From IMG/VR virus record IMGVR_UViG_3300012933_000135: DNA of 64,000 nt, one strand, 5' to 3'. This DNA is from an uncultured virus (IMG/VR IMGVR_UViG_3300012933_000135) (taxonomy: Duplodnaviria; Heunggongvirae; Uroviricota; Caudoviricetes). A program made the position numbers and the translations under genes. Below the pieces are notes generated by a model. It had not been told where the DNA came from. It was given only the letters and a program-made list of their open reading frames with translations, and made no database searches. Below, piece by piece: positions 29,363 to 38,070 of this stretch (position 1 is its first letter; every line of letters starts with the position of its first letter).

Positions 29363-30070
29363 TTGTTTAAATTACTCAGCACTGCAAATCCTAAGATCCA
29401 AAAGGGCGCAAAATTGGGCTATCTTAGCTTCATCTTGCACCTTAGCCCTGCAGATGTAGCGGGTGCAGGTAATACATGTCCTAAGGCCACTGCAGGTTGC
29501 AAGGCAGCATGTCTGAACACTGCGGGTCGTGGCGGTATGTTCACTCCAGAGCAGGGCACCAACACTATTCAAGAAGCTCGTAAGCGCAAGACACGCCAGT
29601 TCTTTGCAGACAAGCAGGCGTTCGCAGAGGTGTTGAAAGCAGACATTCGCAAGGCTATCAAGTTCGCAGCCAAGCAGGGTTTGACTCCAGTGTTCCGTTT
29701 GAATGGCACTAGTGACATTGCATGGGAAAAGTATGGTATCATTGAAGAGTTCCCTACTGTACAGTTCTATGACTACACGAAGATCTTGGGTCGTAAGGTT
29801 GCACACCTGCCTAACTATCACCTGACATTCAGCGCCGCAGACGGCAACGATGCAGATGTGGCTAAGGCCATTGCACAAGGCATGAACGTGACTGTAGTGT
29901 TTGACAAGATCCCAGAGACTTACATGGGCAAGGCAGTGTTTGATGCAGATGACACAGACCTGCGTTTCCTGGATCCAAAAGGTGCAGTTCTTGGGTTGAA
30001 AGCCAAGGGTCGTGCTCGTAAGGACACCACAGGCTTTGTCAAACGTACAATTATCTTAAAGGCAGTTTAA
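29363..30070 (+). CDS. Gp88-like protein (Cys-motif, radical-SAM-like)
   Basis: NTCPKATAGCKAACL, FRLNGTSD, FYDYTK, D..DLRFLD. Confidence 0.7.
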   Translation: MFKLLSTANPKIQKGAKLGYLSFILHLSPADVAGAGNTCPKATAGCKAACLNTAGRGGMFTPEQGTNTIQEARKRKTRQFFADKQAFAEVLKADIRKAIKFAAKQGLTPVFRLNGTSDIAWEKYGIIEEFPTVQFYDYTKILGRKVAHLPNYHLTFSAADGNDADVAKAIAQGMNVTVVFDKIPETYMGKAVFDADDTDLRFLDPKGAVLGLKAKGRARKDTTGFVKRTIILKAV

Positions 30071-30071
30071 T

Positions 30072-30308
30072 ATGACAAGAACAGAAATAGACAATGCACT
30101 ACAGTGGGCGGGCACGGTGTGTCTGCTCAGCATGTATGTGCTCATGAGCTTCTTTCCACACCTGCATCCGTGGAACATTGTGGCGGGTGTACTAGGTGGC
30201 TCCTGCTATCTATTGTGGACTGTACGAGTGCGGAATCGCCCGCAGATGATTGTCAACGGTGTTGCAATAGCCATTGGGCTAGCAGGGTTATTCCGAGCAT
30301 GGAGTTGA
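30072..30308 (+). CDS. Small membrane protein
   Basis: Hydrophobic helices. Confidence 0.55.
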   Translation: MTRTEIDNALQWAGTVCLLSMYVLMSFFPHLHPWNIVAGVLGGSCYLLWTVRVRNRPQMIVNGVAIAIGLAGLFRAWS

Positions 30309-30365
30309 CTGGTTGAGCTTTTGGCGTTATAATTAAGGCTACAGTAAACAACAAGGAGCGAACCT

Positions 30366-30614
30366 ATGTTAGATGTAAGCAAGATTGCCCGGGTGTATTC
30401 GGGCAAGATCGGATGCATGTGCGGGTGCAAGGGTAAGTATACCTACAATGCGGGAGTGCCGCACGAGGGTTGGCAGGGCAAGGAGAATGTGCGAACTGTC
30501 CGCATGTTCACTCGTCAGCTAATGTCTAACCCTGCTGTCAAGTACGAAGACAACTTCATGTACGTGGAGGAGAACGGTCGTATCAAAGTGGCATTCTTCA
30601 AGGAGTCTGCATGA
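30366..30614 (+). CDS. Early hypothetical protein (CxCGCxG)
   Basis: GGAGCGAA SD, own promoter. Confidence 0.65.
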   Translation: MLDVSKIARVYSGKIGCMCGCKGKYTYNAGVPHEGWQGKENVRTVRMFTRQLMSNPAVKYEDNFMYVEENGRIKVAFFKESA

Positions 30615-30847
30615 TCACCGCAAAGAACATTCGTTACATGATCGACATCCCACTAGAGCATCTCAAGGCCATTGCTGTTAACAGTCGAATTGATATCAAA
30701 ATCGCAGGCGCAGAGTTCTTGGGCATGACCAACGGTGGTGAGTTCTGCTACAGGATCACTCACTGGGTGCAAGGCGGAACTGACAGCGAAAAGATGTTTC
30801 TCAAGTATAACCCAGCGGCAGATAGAGTTCTAGCCACTTTGCAGTAA
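30611..30847 (+). CDS. Early hypothetical protein
   Basis: AAGGAG SD. Confidence 0.6.
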   Translation: MITAKNIRYMIDIPLEHLKAIAVNSRIDIKIAGAEFLGMTNGGEFCYRITHWVQGGTDSEKMFLKYNPAADRVLATLQ

Positions 30848-30906
30848 CGGTTGACACATTAGCCAATCCATTGTATAATTAACACTTGAACACACAGGAG
30901 CGACAA

Positions 30907-31167
30907 ATGAAAGCATTAAACCAGATGGTAAGCGATTATAATTCTTGGGATGTCAAGTTCTTCAAAGCCAAGCCAATTGATCTTACTAAGGCTGCAGACC
31001 GCCAACGCCTTGCAGACATGATTGATTGTAAGCTATCCCCCGAGAACTTGACCTGTGACGGTGAGCTGAGTCGTACAGAAGTCAACCGTCGCTATCGTGC
31101 ATTGACTGCGGCTGCTCGTGATCTGCAGAAGCTGGATCCCACTGTCAAGTTCTACGAGTTCGCTTAA
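30907..31167 (+). CDS. Early hypothetical protein (LSPENLTCDGE motif)
   Basis: GGAGCGA SD, own promoter. Confidence 0.65.
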   Translation: MKALNQMVSDYNSWDVKFFKAKPIDLTKAADRQRLADMIDCKLSPENLTCDGELSRTEVNRRYRALTAAARDLQKLDPTVKFYEFA

Positions 31168-31248
31168 CCCTAGCGAGTGCAGGGTTATTGACAACCCTGC
31201 ACTTTGACGCTATAATTAACACTTAGACAAACACACTAGGAGCGATAC

Positions 31249-31518
31249 ATGGATATCAAAGCGATCAACACCGCGATCATCACAGGTTCTTTCACAGCCG
31301 CAGAGCTTAACTCAATCGGCGATGCAGTCAAGTTCGCCCGCAGTCGTGTAGCCAGTGCCACAATTGGTCTGCTCCGCAAAGGTGCCCAAGTCCGCTTCAA
31401 AGCCCGCGGTGGTGCAATGCTGACAGGTACAGTGCGAAGCAAGGGCACAAAGAACGTGGTGGTTGACACATCACAGGGCGTGTGGCGTGTGAGTGCCACC
31501 CTGCTTGAAGTCATTTAA
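31249..31518 (+). CDS. Early hypothetical protein (SH3-like C-terminus)
   Basis: GGAGCGA SD, own promoter. Confidence 0.65.
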   Translation: MDIKAINTAIITGSFTAAELNSIGDAVKFARSRVASATIGLLRKGAQVRFKARGGAMLTGTVRSKGTKNVVVDTSQGVWRVSATLLEVI

Positions 31519-31594
31519 CCCTACTGTGGGCAGGGTTATTGACAGCCCTGCCCAAACCTGTTATAATAATGACATAGCAACAAAGGAGCGATGC

Positions 31595-31957
31595 ATGTCT
31601 AAAGTAATTTTTAACACTAGCGGTGACGGTTACTGGTCTAACGTAAAGAAGGCAGTGGAGATCACTGACATGCGTTTGGGCTATGTCAATGAAGACGCAG
31701 ACTGGGGCGAGCTCTGTGTGTTCTTTAACACAGACACATGGGATGTTGAGAAGGACGGCTTGATCTACACAGACAAGCAATTTAAGATTGACCTGATGGC
31801 ATTTATTGAACAGCACGGCCTAGTGGTCGACCTGTGTTATAGTGAGCAAGGCATGCAGGGCACAGACTATGTCAGCTTAGACGTAGGCAAAGACTTTTTG
31901 GCCAGCTGGGGCGCTAAGTTTGGTGTTGACAGCATTAGCCCAATGTGCTATAATTAA
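31595..31957 (+). CDS. Early hypothetical protein
   Basis: Start MSKVIF after GGAGCGA; YSEQGMQG motif. Confidence 0.65.
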   Translation: MSKVIFNTSGDGYWSNVKKAVEITDMRLGYVNEDADWGELCVFFNTDTWDVEKDGLIYTDKQFKIDLMAFIEQHGLVVDLCYSEQGMQGTDYVSLDVGKDFLASWGAKFGVDSISPMCYN

Positions 31958-31981
31958 CACATAGACAAACAAGGAGCCCAA

Positions 31982-32167
31982 ATGCTAACAGCAAAAAACA
32001 AGAGCAAGCTACTTAACGATGCAGTAGACCTGTTGGAGCAGGTAGACATGCTACAGCAAAAGGCCCTAGGCGCTTGTGATGTAGCAGAGGACAACCACAA
32101 TCGCATCCAGGACTTGATTGATGACTTGATTGCAGACATTGTGGAGTTTGACAGCCAAGTGGCTTGA
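31982..32167 (+). CDS. Early hypothetical acidic helical protein
   Basis: AAGGAG SD, own promoter. Confidence 0.6.
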   Translation: MLTAKNKSKLLNDAVDLLEQVDMLQQKALGACDVAEDNHNRIQDLIDDLIADIVEFDSQVA

Positions 32168-32208
32168 TGCTATAATTAACACATAAACAAACATTAGGAG
32201 CGAACCAA

Positions 32209-32451
32209 ATGCAAGTTAAAGACCTCATTGAACTGTTAGCAGGCTACGACCCAGAAGCAGAAGTCCACTTCACTTACAATTATGGCGACCACTGGCGTAC
32301 ACAGGTTGCGCCTAAGATCCGCGATGTTGATGTAGGCTATGTCAAGTTCAGCGACTACCACCGCATGGACAAGGTATGGGAACCTGACTACGATGAGGAT
32401 GACGAGACCGATGCAGACAAACTGCAAGAAGTTGTATTGATTGGAGGTTAA
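32209..32451 (+). CDS. Early hypothetical protein (M.V.DLIE.L type)
   Basis: GGAGCGAA SD. Confidence 0.65.
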   Translation: MQVKDLIELLAGYDPEAEVHFTYNYGDHWRTQVAPKIRDVDVGYVKFSDYHRMDKVWEPDYDEDDETDADKLQEVVLIGG

Positions 32452-32452
32452 G

Positions 32453-32731
32453 ATGGGTGCAGAATACTTTGAAACACGAGCTAAGGGCAACACTCCAGAG
32501 GAAGCCTACGAGCACTGCCAATCAATCTCAGCTTGGGATCCAGATGGCTACACGGGCAACATCAACGTCAAGGACGGCTTTGTCATGGTGTTCCAAGAAG
32601 GTGATGAGACTGTAGAGCAGGCACTTGAACGACTGGGCGAGACAGACCTTGTCAACTCTAAGTGGGGGCCAGCGGCCTGTATGTGGCTAGGCGAGGACAA
32701 CTACATCTTCTTTGGCTGGGCGTCAAGCTAA
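32453..32731 (+). CDS. Early hypothetical protein (GYTG...KWGPA...FFGWASS)
   Basis: GGAGG SD. Confidence 0.65.
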   Translation: MGAEYFETRAKGNTPEEAYEHCQSISAWDPDGYTGNINVKDGFVMVFQEGDETVEQALERLGETDLVNSKWGPAACMWLGEDNYIFFGWASS

Positions 32732-32815
32732 AGACCCAGTGGTGTGCAGGGTTATTGACAGCCCTGCATTTTGGCGTTATAATTAACACATACACAAACA
32801 CACTAGGAGTTGAAA

Positions 32816-33232
32816 ATGGGAACACGCAGCACTATCGCACTTGAGTTCGCAGACGGTTCAGTTAGCCAAGTCTACTGTCACTGGGATGGCTACTTGTCAA
32901 ACAACGGCGAGATCCTGCAGAACAACTACCGCAACCCATTTACCCTGCGTGACTTGTTGGACTTGGGCGACTTCTCTAGCTTGCGTGATACTGTTGAGGA
33001 AACACAAGAAGGCGCTTACCGTGAGCGTGGCGATGACTGCTCAGCTCGTCGCTACATGGATGTCACTGAATACTTTGCTGAATGCCAGCAAGAGGAATAT
33101 GACTACATCTTGCGTCAAGTAGAGGGCGAAGCAGTTTGGTTCGTTCGTTGCTGGGCAACTGACGGCCTGTGGGTTACATTGGGCGAGGCTAAAGGCCTTG
33201 AGGAACGCATGAACGAAAGCGAGTGCTACTAA
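32816..33232 (+). CDS. Early hypothetical protein (MGTRS...YCHWDGY type)
   Basis: AGGAG SD, own promoter. Confidence 0.65.
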   Translation: MGTRSTIALEFADGSVSQVYCHWDGYLSNNGEILQNNYRNPFTLRDLLDLGDFSSLRDTVEETQEGAYRERGDDCSARRYMDVTEYFAECQQEEYDYILRQVEGEAVWFVRCWATDGLWVTLGEAKGLEERMNESECY

Positions 33233-33459
33233 TGACTGGCTTCCAAACTAAACGGTCTATGGCAGACGACAAGCTCTTCGAACGTGACTTGGCTATTGGT
33301 TACTTGACTGATAGCGATTACAAGTATATAATGGAAACAGAAGGCGGACTGGAACTGCTTAACAGCTACCTCCAGTTTGGTTTTAAGGGCTACGAGAACT
33401 TCACAGACGAAGAACTCAAGGCAGAGATCAAAGAACGTGAATGGATGGAAACACAATGA
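33232..33459 (+). CDS. Early hypothetical protein
   Basis: TAATG coupling. Confidence 0.55.
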   Translation: MTGFQTKRSMADDKLFERDLAIGYLTDSDYKYIMETEGGLELLNSYLQFGFKGYENFTDEELKAEIKEREWMETQ

Positions 33460-33644
33460 GCAAGATGAAAGACCTGACTTGGGACGTTGAGTCTCTGTTT
33501 ATCGATGGGATGAGTCCGCGACAGATCGCCGCTGAACTTGAGTGCCCGCTAGGTGTTGTTGTAGGCATCCTAGAAGGCTTTGGAGTTGATACTGCCGATG
33601 TGGCAGAAAAGCCACAGACTGAACAAGACTACTACGGCGCTTGA
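33456..33644 (+). CDS. Small helix-turn-helix-like protein
   Basis: GMSPRQIAAELECP. Confidence 0.55.
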   Translation: MSKMKDLTWDVESLFIDGMSPRQIAAELECPLGVVVGILEGFGVDTADVAEKPQTEQDYYGA

Positions 33645-33679
33645 GTTGACGCCTCTTGCTTTTGAGCATATAATACACT

Positions 33680-33832
33680 ATGACGAAACAAAGCAAGAGG
33701 GTTAAAATGAAGCTGAAGAAGCACAGAGAACACTATGTTCTATTCTGCGCTAACACTCCTTTCAAACCAAAGGTTGTTGAGAGCAAGAAGTCTTACACAC
33801 GCAAACAGAAGCACAAAGGGAGAGGCGAATGA
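33680..33832 (+). CDS. Small basic protein resembling ArfA (alternative ribosome-rescue factor A)
   Basis: Hand-translated 50 aa: ...LFCANTPFKPKVVESKKSYTRKQKHKGRGE; leaderless from the promoter at 33646. Confidence 0.55.
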   Translation: MTKQSKRVKMKLKKHREHYVLFCANTPFKPKVVESKKSYTRKQKHKGRGE

Positions 33833-34080
33833 AAGGTTTGATCACAAACGATTGGGACAGGGACAACCTGAACTTCCTTATCAACGCCACACCCGATGTG
33901 ATTGCTGAATGGGACGCACAGGCCGACGAGGATGATCGTGTCTATGCCCAAGAGCTGCTGGATGCCTATGCAGAAGAACTGCGACTGCAGGCACAAGACT
34001 TGCTAGTCGAAGCCAAACTGGCACTGATGTTCATATACCCTGATGCGAAAAGGGTTATTGACAGCGTTGCGAAATCGTAG
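33829..34080 (+). CDS. Early hypothetical acidic protein
   Basis: GGGAG SD. Confidence 0.6.
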   Translation: MKGLITNDWDRDNLNFLINATPDVIAEWDAQADEDDRVYAQELLDAYAEELRLQAQDLLVEAKLALMFIYPDAKRVIDSVAKS

Positions 34081-34239
34081 TATAATTTAAACAACAACAA
34101 AGGGAACAGCAATGAAAACCAACCGCGAAAAGAACACACAGCACGATAAGGATCAGATCCTTAAAGTGCGCCCTAAACAGGGTTCATATGAGTTCAAAGC
34201 GCTCGAGGATGTGATCCGTCAATGGGTCACAGGCAGTAA

Positions 34240-34509
34240 GTGAGCGTCTTAGAGCTGTCGGGTCGCCCGTACACTGTCTTTGATCCGGCTAACAAAGCCC
34301 ACCGAAGCTACTATCATGCCTTCGTTGAGACAGGATCATGGGGTAAGTGTCCGTTCCGATTTGTGGTTCCTGAGGATCACGGCGATTTGATTACAATGAT
34401 CCAACGTAGTTTGGTCAAGCACTATGTCCAAACTGAGTTCAAACTTGTTGTGAAAAAACAACAGAAAAAGGTTAGCCAAAAGGCTACAAAACGGTTGACA
34501 ATCAAGTAG
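34240..34509 (+). CDS. Early hypothetical protein
   Basis: FDPANK.HR...WG.CP.RF. Confidence 0.6.
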   Translation: MSVLELSGRPYTVFDPANKAHRSYYHAFVETGSWGKCPFRFVVPEDHGDLITMIQRSLVKHYVQTEFKLVVKKQQKKVSQKATKRLTIK

Positions 34510-34580
34510 ATTGAACATACAATAAGAACATGGGCAAGGCGCTCATACTTTTTAAACACACACACTAAGGAAACTTAAAA

Positions 34581-34949
34581 ATGGCTACAGATAAGACTTT
34601 TAACATTGTTGGCGTATCTAAACTCAACGGCGAGTACAAAGTTCGCTTTGCTACAGACATCATGCGTATTAAGGTGCTCGCCAAGCACGGTCATGAAGAC
34701 ATCCGACTTGCTGAGCTGGCTACTGCCGTTACCAAGTATGAGGCGGTCAAGCAATTGCAGTCATTGGATGAGTTCCAAGACGTTGCTGCTCAAGATGCGA
34801 TTGCAGAGTACTTGGATGAGAAAGCTCCTAAGACTCCTAAGGTTAAAGCTGCACCTAAAGCCAAAGCAGTTAAAGCACCAGCTAAGACCAAAGCGGTCAA
34901 GGCACTCACTCCAGCGGTAGTTGCTGAAGACGAAGAAGCGCCGTTCTAA
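34581..34949 (+). CDS. Hypothetical protein with Lys/Ala/Pro-rich (histone-like) tail
   Basis: KVRFA...K.GH.DI; KAPKTPKVKAAPKAK tail. Confidence 0.65.
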   Translation: MATDKTFNIVGVSKLNGEYKVRFATDIMRIKVLAKHGHEDIRLAELATAVTKYEAVKQLQSLDEFQDVAAQDAIAEYLDEKAPKTPKVKAAPKAKAVKAPAKTKAVKALTPAVVAEDEEAPF

Positions 34950-34986
34950 TCACAGGGGGTGCAACGCCCCCTAACTTAAATACAAC

Positions 34987-35175
34987 ATGAACTGGGAACT
35001 ATACGAAGTCTGGTCCGTCGACGAAGATGGCCACGAAGACTTGATTGATACAACAAAAAGCCTCAAAGAAGCTAGGGAAATTGCTCAAGCTACGATCACA
35101 GAATACTATGCCGAGTGCATTATATACCGTGAAGACGAAGAGGGCGAGTTAGTAGAGATAGAACGAGTTCAATAG
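34987..35175 (+). CDS. Small highly acidic protein
   Basis: ORF track; D/E-rich. Confidence 0.55.
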   Translation: MNWELYEVWSVDEDGHEDLIDTTKSLKEAREIAQATITEYYAECIIYREDEEGELVEIERVQ

Positions 35176-35249
35176 CACCAATAGCTTAATGGTAAAGCAG
35201 CCGACTCATAATCGGTCGAGTCCTAGTTCAATTCTAGGTTGGTGCACCA
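35175..35249 (+). tRNA. tRNA with CAT anticodon (Ile2-type more likely than Met)
   Basis: GCACCAA/TTGGTGC acceptor stem plus ACCA; anticodon arm CCGA-CTCATAA-TCGG; TTCAA T-loop; anticodon arm resembles bacterial tRNA-Ile2. Confidence 0.9.
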
Positions 35250-35253
35250 ATTA

Positions 35254-35328
35254 CTGGCGTTCGTTCAACGGATAGGACATCATTCTTCTAAAGTGATTAT
35301 AGGGGTTCGATTCCCTTACGCCGGACCA
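35254..35328 (+). tRNA. tRNA-Arg(TCT)
   Basis: CTGGCGT/ACGCCGG acceptor stem plus ACCA; loop CTTCTAA; GTTCGATTC. Confidence 0.88.
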
Positions 35329-35333
35329 AATGC

Positions 35334-35370
35334 AAAGGGATGTAGTACTTAGGTGTTACATCCCTTTTTG
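35334..35370 (+). terminator. Intrinsic terminator after the tRNAs
   Basis: AAAGGGATGTA...TACATCCCTTTTT. Confidence 0.75.
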
Positions 35371-35578
35371 CTGATCTACGCAATCAAGCCCTAAAACGCT
35401 CTTTTGAGGCGACGTAAGTCATTGATTTATATAGGCCTCAGAACCGCTAATTTCGCTAGATTCTGTATCGTAGGCGCTGTTACGCAAAACTCCTAAAAGA
35501 TCGCTGTAAACGATTGGTTGACAGGTTAGCCCAAAAGCGTTATAATTAACACATACAAACAAACAGCACTAGGAGTAG

Positions 35579-35872
35579 ATGATGGAACTGATTACAGCAT
35601 ACTTGGCAGGCATCGTAGTAGTCAACGGTTTGTGGGCCATGCGTGTGCCACATGAAGATGTTCGTATGGTGTTCCTCCTTGCCCTGTTTTGGCCCGTGAC
35701 TATCCTAGCTGTCTTGTTTATGGTAGCGATCACAGCTACAGGTTGGGACTTCGATGTTGATACCAACGCTGGCAAGATGTATAACCTCCGCAAGCCTACA
35801 AACCCTGAAGTCAAAGGCTTTGGCCTGTGCTTGTTGGGCGTCGAGTTCCAACTCTACAAGAAGGTGAAGTAA
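35579..35872 (+). CDS. Early membrane protein
   Basis: AGGAG SD, TM segments, LFWP. Confidence 0.6.
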   Translation: MMELITAYLAGIVVVNGLWAMRVPHEDVRMVFLLALFWPVTILAVLFMVAITATGWDFDVDTNAGKMYNLRKPTNPEVKGFGLCLLGVEFQLYKKVK

Positions 35873-35929
35873 TTGGTTGACTGATTAGCCAAAATGCGCT
35901 ATAATTAACGCATACACAGTAAGGAGCAC

Positions 35930-36127
35930 ATGATGGACAAGAGCGTAGATATCCCCGGAGCACCAGAGTTCTATGGCAATCCTATTAGCCGTGCAGAGAT
36001 GGTTGCCAAGGCAGGCTTGGTACTTGATCGTAAGACAGGCCAAGCATACGATCCTAAGATCAAGTTTGACGAGTTGATGGGCACCGCAGAGATCCAAGCT
36101 ATGCTCAAGCGTTTGGCGGTGCGTTAA
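35930..36127 (+). CDS. Early hypothetical protein
   Basis: AAGGAG SD, own promoter. Confidence 0.6.
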   Translation: MMDKSVDIPGAPEFYGNPISRAEMVAKAGLVLDRKTGQAYDPKIKFDELMGTAEIQAMLKRLAVR

Positions 36128-36302
36128 TGAAATACACGCTGATCACAAGTAAAGGGAAAGTATTAACTTTTTACCTTAAGGCAGTTGCAGAAACATACCA
36201 AAAAGCCTACGGTGGACAGTTGATTACATCAGACATTTTGGTTGACGAGGTTGCCCAATCCTGCTATAATTAACACATACAGAAACACAGCAGGAGCAGT
36301 AA

Positions 36303-36506
36303 ATGAAAGTCGACAGCATGTTTTACATTGCACTAGGCACAGTGGTTGATTTGATTGAAAAGGCTGATAGCTACAAAGCGTTCGTAGAGTTAGCAGAGTC
36401 AACAGATGAAGCCAATCGTTATGCTCGCCGCGCACTCAAGTACAAGGCTAAGGCCATCGTTGGCTTTGACCGTGAGATGGATCGCTTGGTAAAGGAATAC
36501 AAATGA
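36303..36506 (+). CDS. Early hypothetical protein
   Basis: AGGAG SD, own promoter. Confidence 0.6.
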   Translation: MKVDSMFYIALGTVVDLIEKADSYKAFVELAESTDEANRYARRALKYKAKAIVGFDREMDRLVKEYK

Positions 36507-36739
36507 AACTCGCAACCGCAATCAAACGCCTAGAAGCAGACCGCAAAGCCTACGCTGAGTGGTTGAAGGAAGATGGAGTCTACGGGTTCTACAAGGGCAG
36601 GGTTGATAGCCTTAGCCAGTGGATAGAGTTCCGCACTGGTGCTCCTGATGTCGAGTCCTGGGAGAATACAGCGATGAAGACTGTGCGTGATTACAGCAAG
36701 GAGTTAGCCAAACAATTGGTTGACGGCCTAGCCAAATGA
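36503..36739 (+). CDS. Early hypothetical protein
   Basis: AAGGA SD. Confidence 0.55.
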   Translation: MKLATAIKRLEADRKAYAEWLKEDGVYGFYKGRVDSLSQWIEFRTGAPDVESWENTAMKTVRDYSKELAKQLVDGLAK

Positions 36740-36774
36740 CAGTATAATTAACACATAGCAACAAAGGAACACAC

Positions 36775-37167
36775 ATGCAAATCGCACTCACTATCAAAGA
36801 CAAGTTGATCAAGTCAGCAATCAGCAACGCACTGGACAACGAAGTCTATGAGTACTGGGATTCAGCATCGATCAAGGCTGCTAAGTTGCCCGCAATCAGC
36901 ACAGTGACCAAAGAGATCTTTAACGATCCTAAGTTCCAAGCACAGCTGGTCAAAGAGATCCAGGCCACAGCTGAGTCAGCGGTTGAGGACTACATCTACG
37001 AAATGATGGACGAGATGCAGATCCCACAGATCCAAAAACTCTATGTCCAAGTGCGTGAAGCAGATGAACAGCGTGGCATTGCTGATGCTGCCAAGCAGGA
37101 AGCTGAGGAAGTAGAGCGCATGATCAAGATGTTGGCCAAGGCAGGATATAAGATCGAAAAGGCTTGA
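36775..37167 (+). CDS. Early hypothetical protein
   Basis: AAGGA SD, own promoter. Confidence 0.6.
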   Translation: MQIALTIKDKLIKSAISNALDNEVYEYWDSASIKAAKLPAISTVTKEIFNDPKFQAQLVKEIQATAESAVEDYIYEMMDEMQIPQIQKLYVQVREADEQRGIADAAKQEAEEVERMIKMLAKAGYKIEKA

Positions 37168-37228
37168 CAGCCTAGCCAAAAGGCGCTATAATTAACACAT
37201 ACAAACAAACAGCACTAGGAGCGAAACT

Positions 37229-37399
37229 ATGCACAAACCATCAAACATCATCATCACAGTAGTAGGCTTCTTCCTCGTCTACGGCGCGGTAGGCACACTG
37301 GATGCAGATCCTACTGCATCAGTTGTTCAAATGTTTGGCATTGCCTGTGCTGGACTAGCCCTTATGTTCGCAGGCACCAACGCACTCACTAACCAGTAA
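37229..37399 (+). CDS. Small early membrane protein (56 aa)
   Basis: Hand-translated MHKPSNIIITVVGFFLVYGAVG...; GGAGCGAA SD. Confidence 0.55.
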   Translation: MHKPSNIIITVVGFFLVYGAVGTLDADPTASVVQMFGIACAGLALMFAGTNALTNQ

Positions 37400-37408
37400 G
37401 GAATCACT

Positions 37409-37630
37409 ATGAAATACATCGCATCAGTCCTTGGTCTTATCGCAACCCTGTTCTTTGCAGTATGCGCTGGCACACTCTTCGGCGGCATTGCCAGCTGGGT
37501 AGTGAACTTGCCCTTCCCCCAAGTTGGACAAACACTTAACACTCTAACTGGCCTGCATCTTGATGCATTTGATCAAGGCGCTGTCCTGGGCTTCTTGGGC
37601 GGCTTTATCCGTTCAAATAGTTCTAAGTAA
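37409..37630 (+). CDS. Small early membrane protein
   Basis: AAGGA SD; hydrophobic. Confidence 0.55.
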   Translation: MKYIASVLGLIATLFFAVCAGTLFGGIASWVVNLPFPQVGQTLNTLTGLHLDAFDQGAVLGFLGGFIRSNSSK

Positions 37631-37695
37631 CGGTTGACAGCTAGCCCAAAAGCTAGTATAATCAACACATACAAACAAACATTGGAGCGAAAACA

Positions 37696-38070
37696 ATGGC
37701 ACACATTACAGCAGCAGACGTAGCAGCAATCCGCAAGGAACTCAAAGAACAACTGCCCAAGTTCAAGTTCAGCGTTCGTAAAGAGTCGGGCAGCTTGGCA
37801 GTGGCTGTGACCATCAAGCAAGGTCCCGCAGCATTCGAAGGCAAGACCAACGCACAGGTCAACGAGTACTGGATCGACAGTCACTGGACCAACGCAGAAG
37901 ACGCTATGGTCTTGAAGAAGATTTCAGAGATCATGCACAATGCTCCAGGTCGTGCTGATGTGCTCCGCAAGTACTTCGATCACAGCGATGCGATGACTGA
38001 CTACTTCCACACTGCCTTCTACACACACTTGAGCATTGGCAGCTGGGACAAGCCCTACCAAAAGGTATAA
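37696..38070 (+). CDS. LPD29-like protein
   Basis: IRKELK...P..KFSVR...D.SD.MTDYFH motif. Confidence 0.6.
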   Translation: MAHITAADVAAIRKELKEQLPKFKFSVRKESGSLAVAVTIKQGPAAFEGKTNAQVNEYWIDSHWTNAEDAMVLKKISEIMHNAPGRADVLRKYFDHSDAMTDYFHTAFYTHLSIGSWDKPYQKV

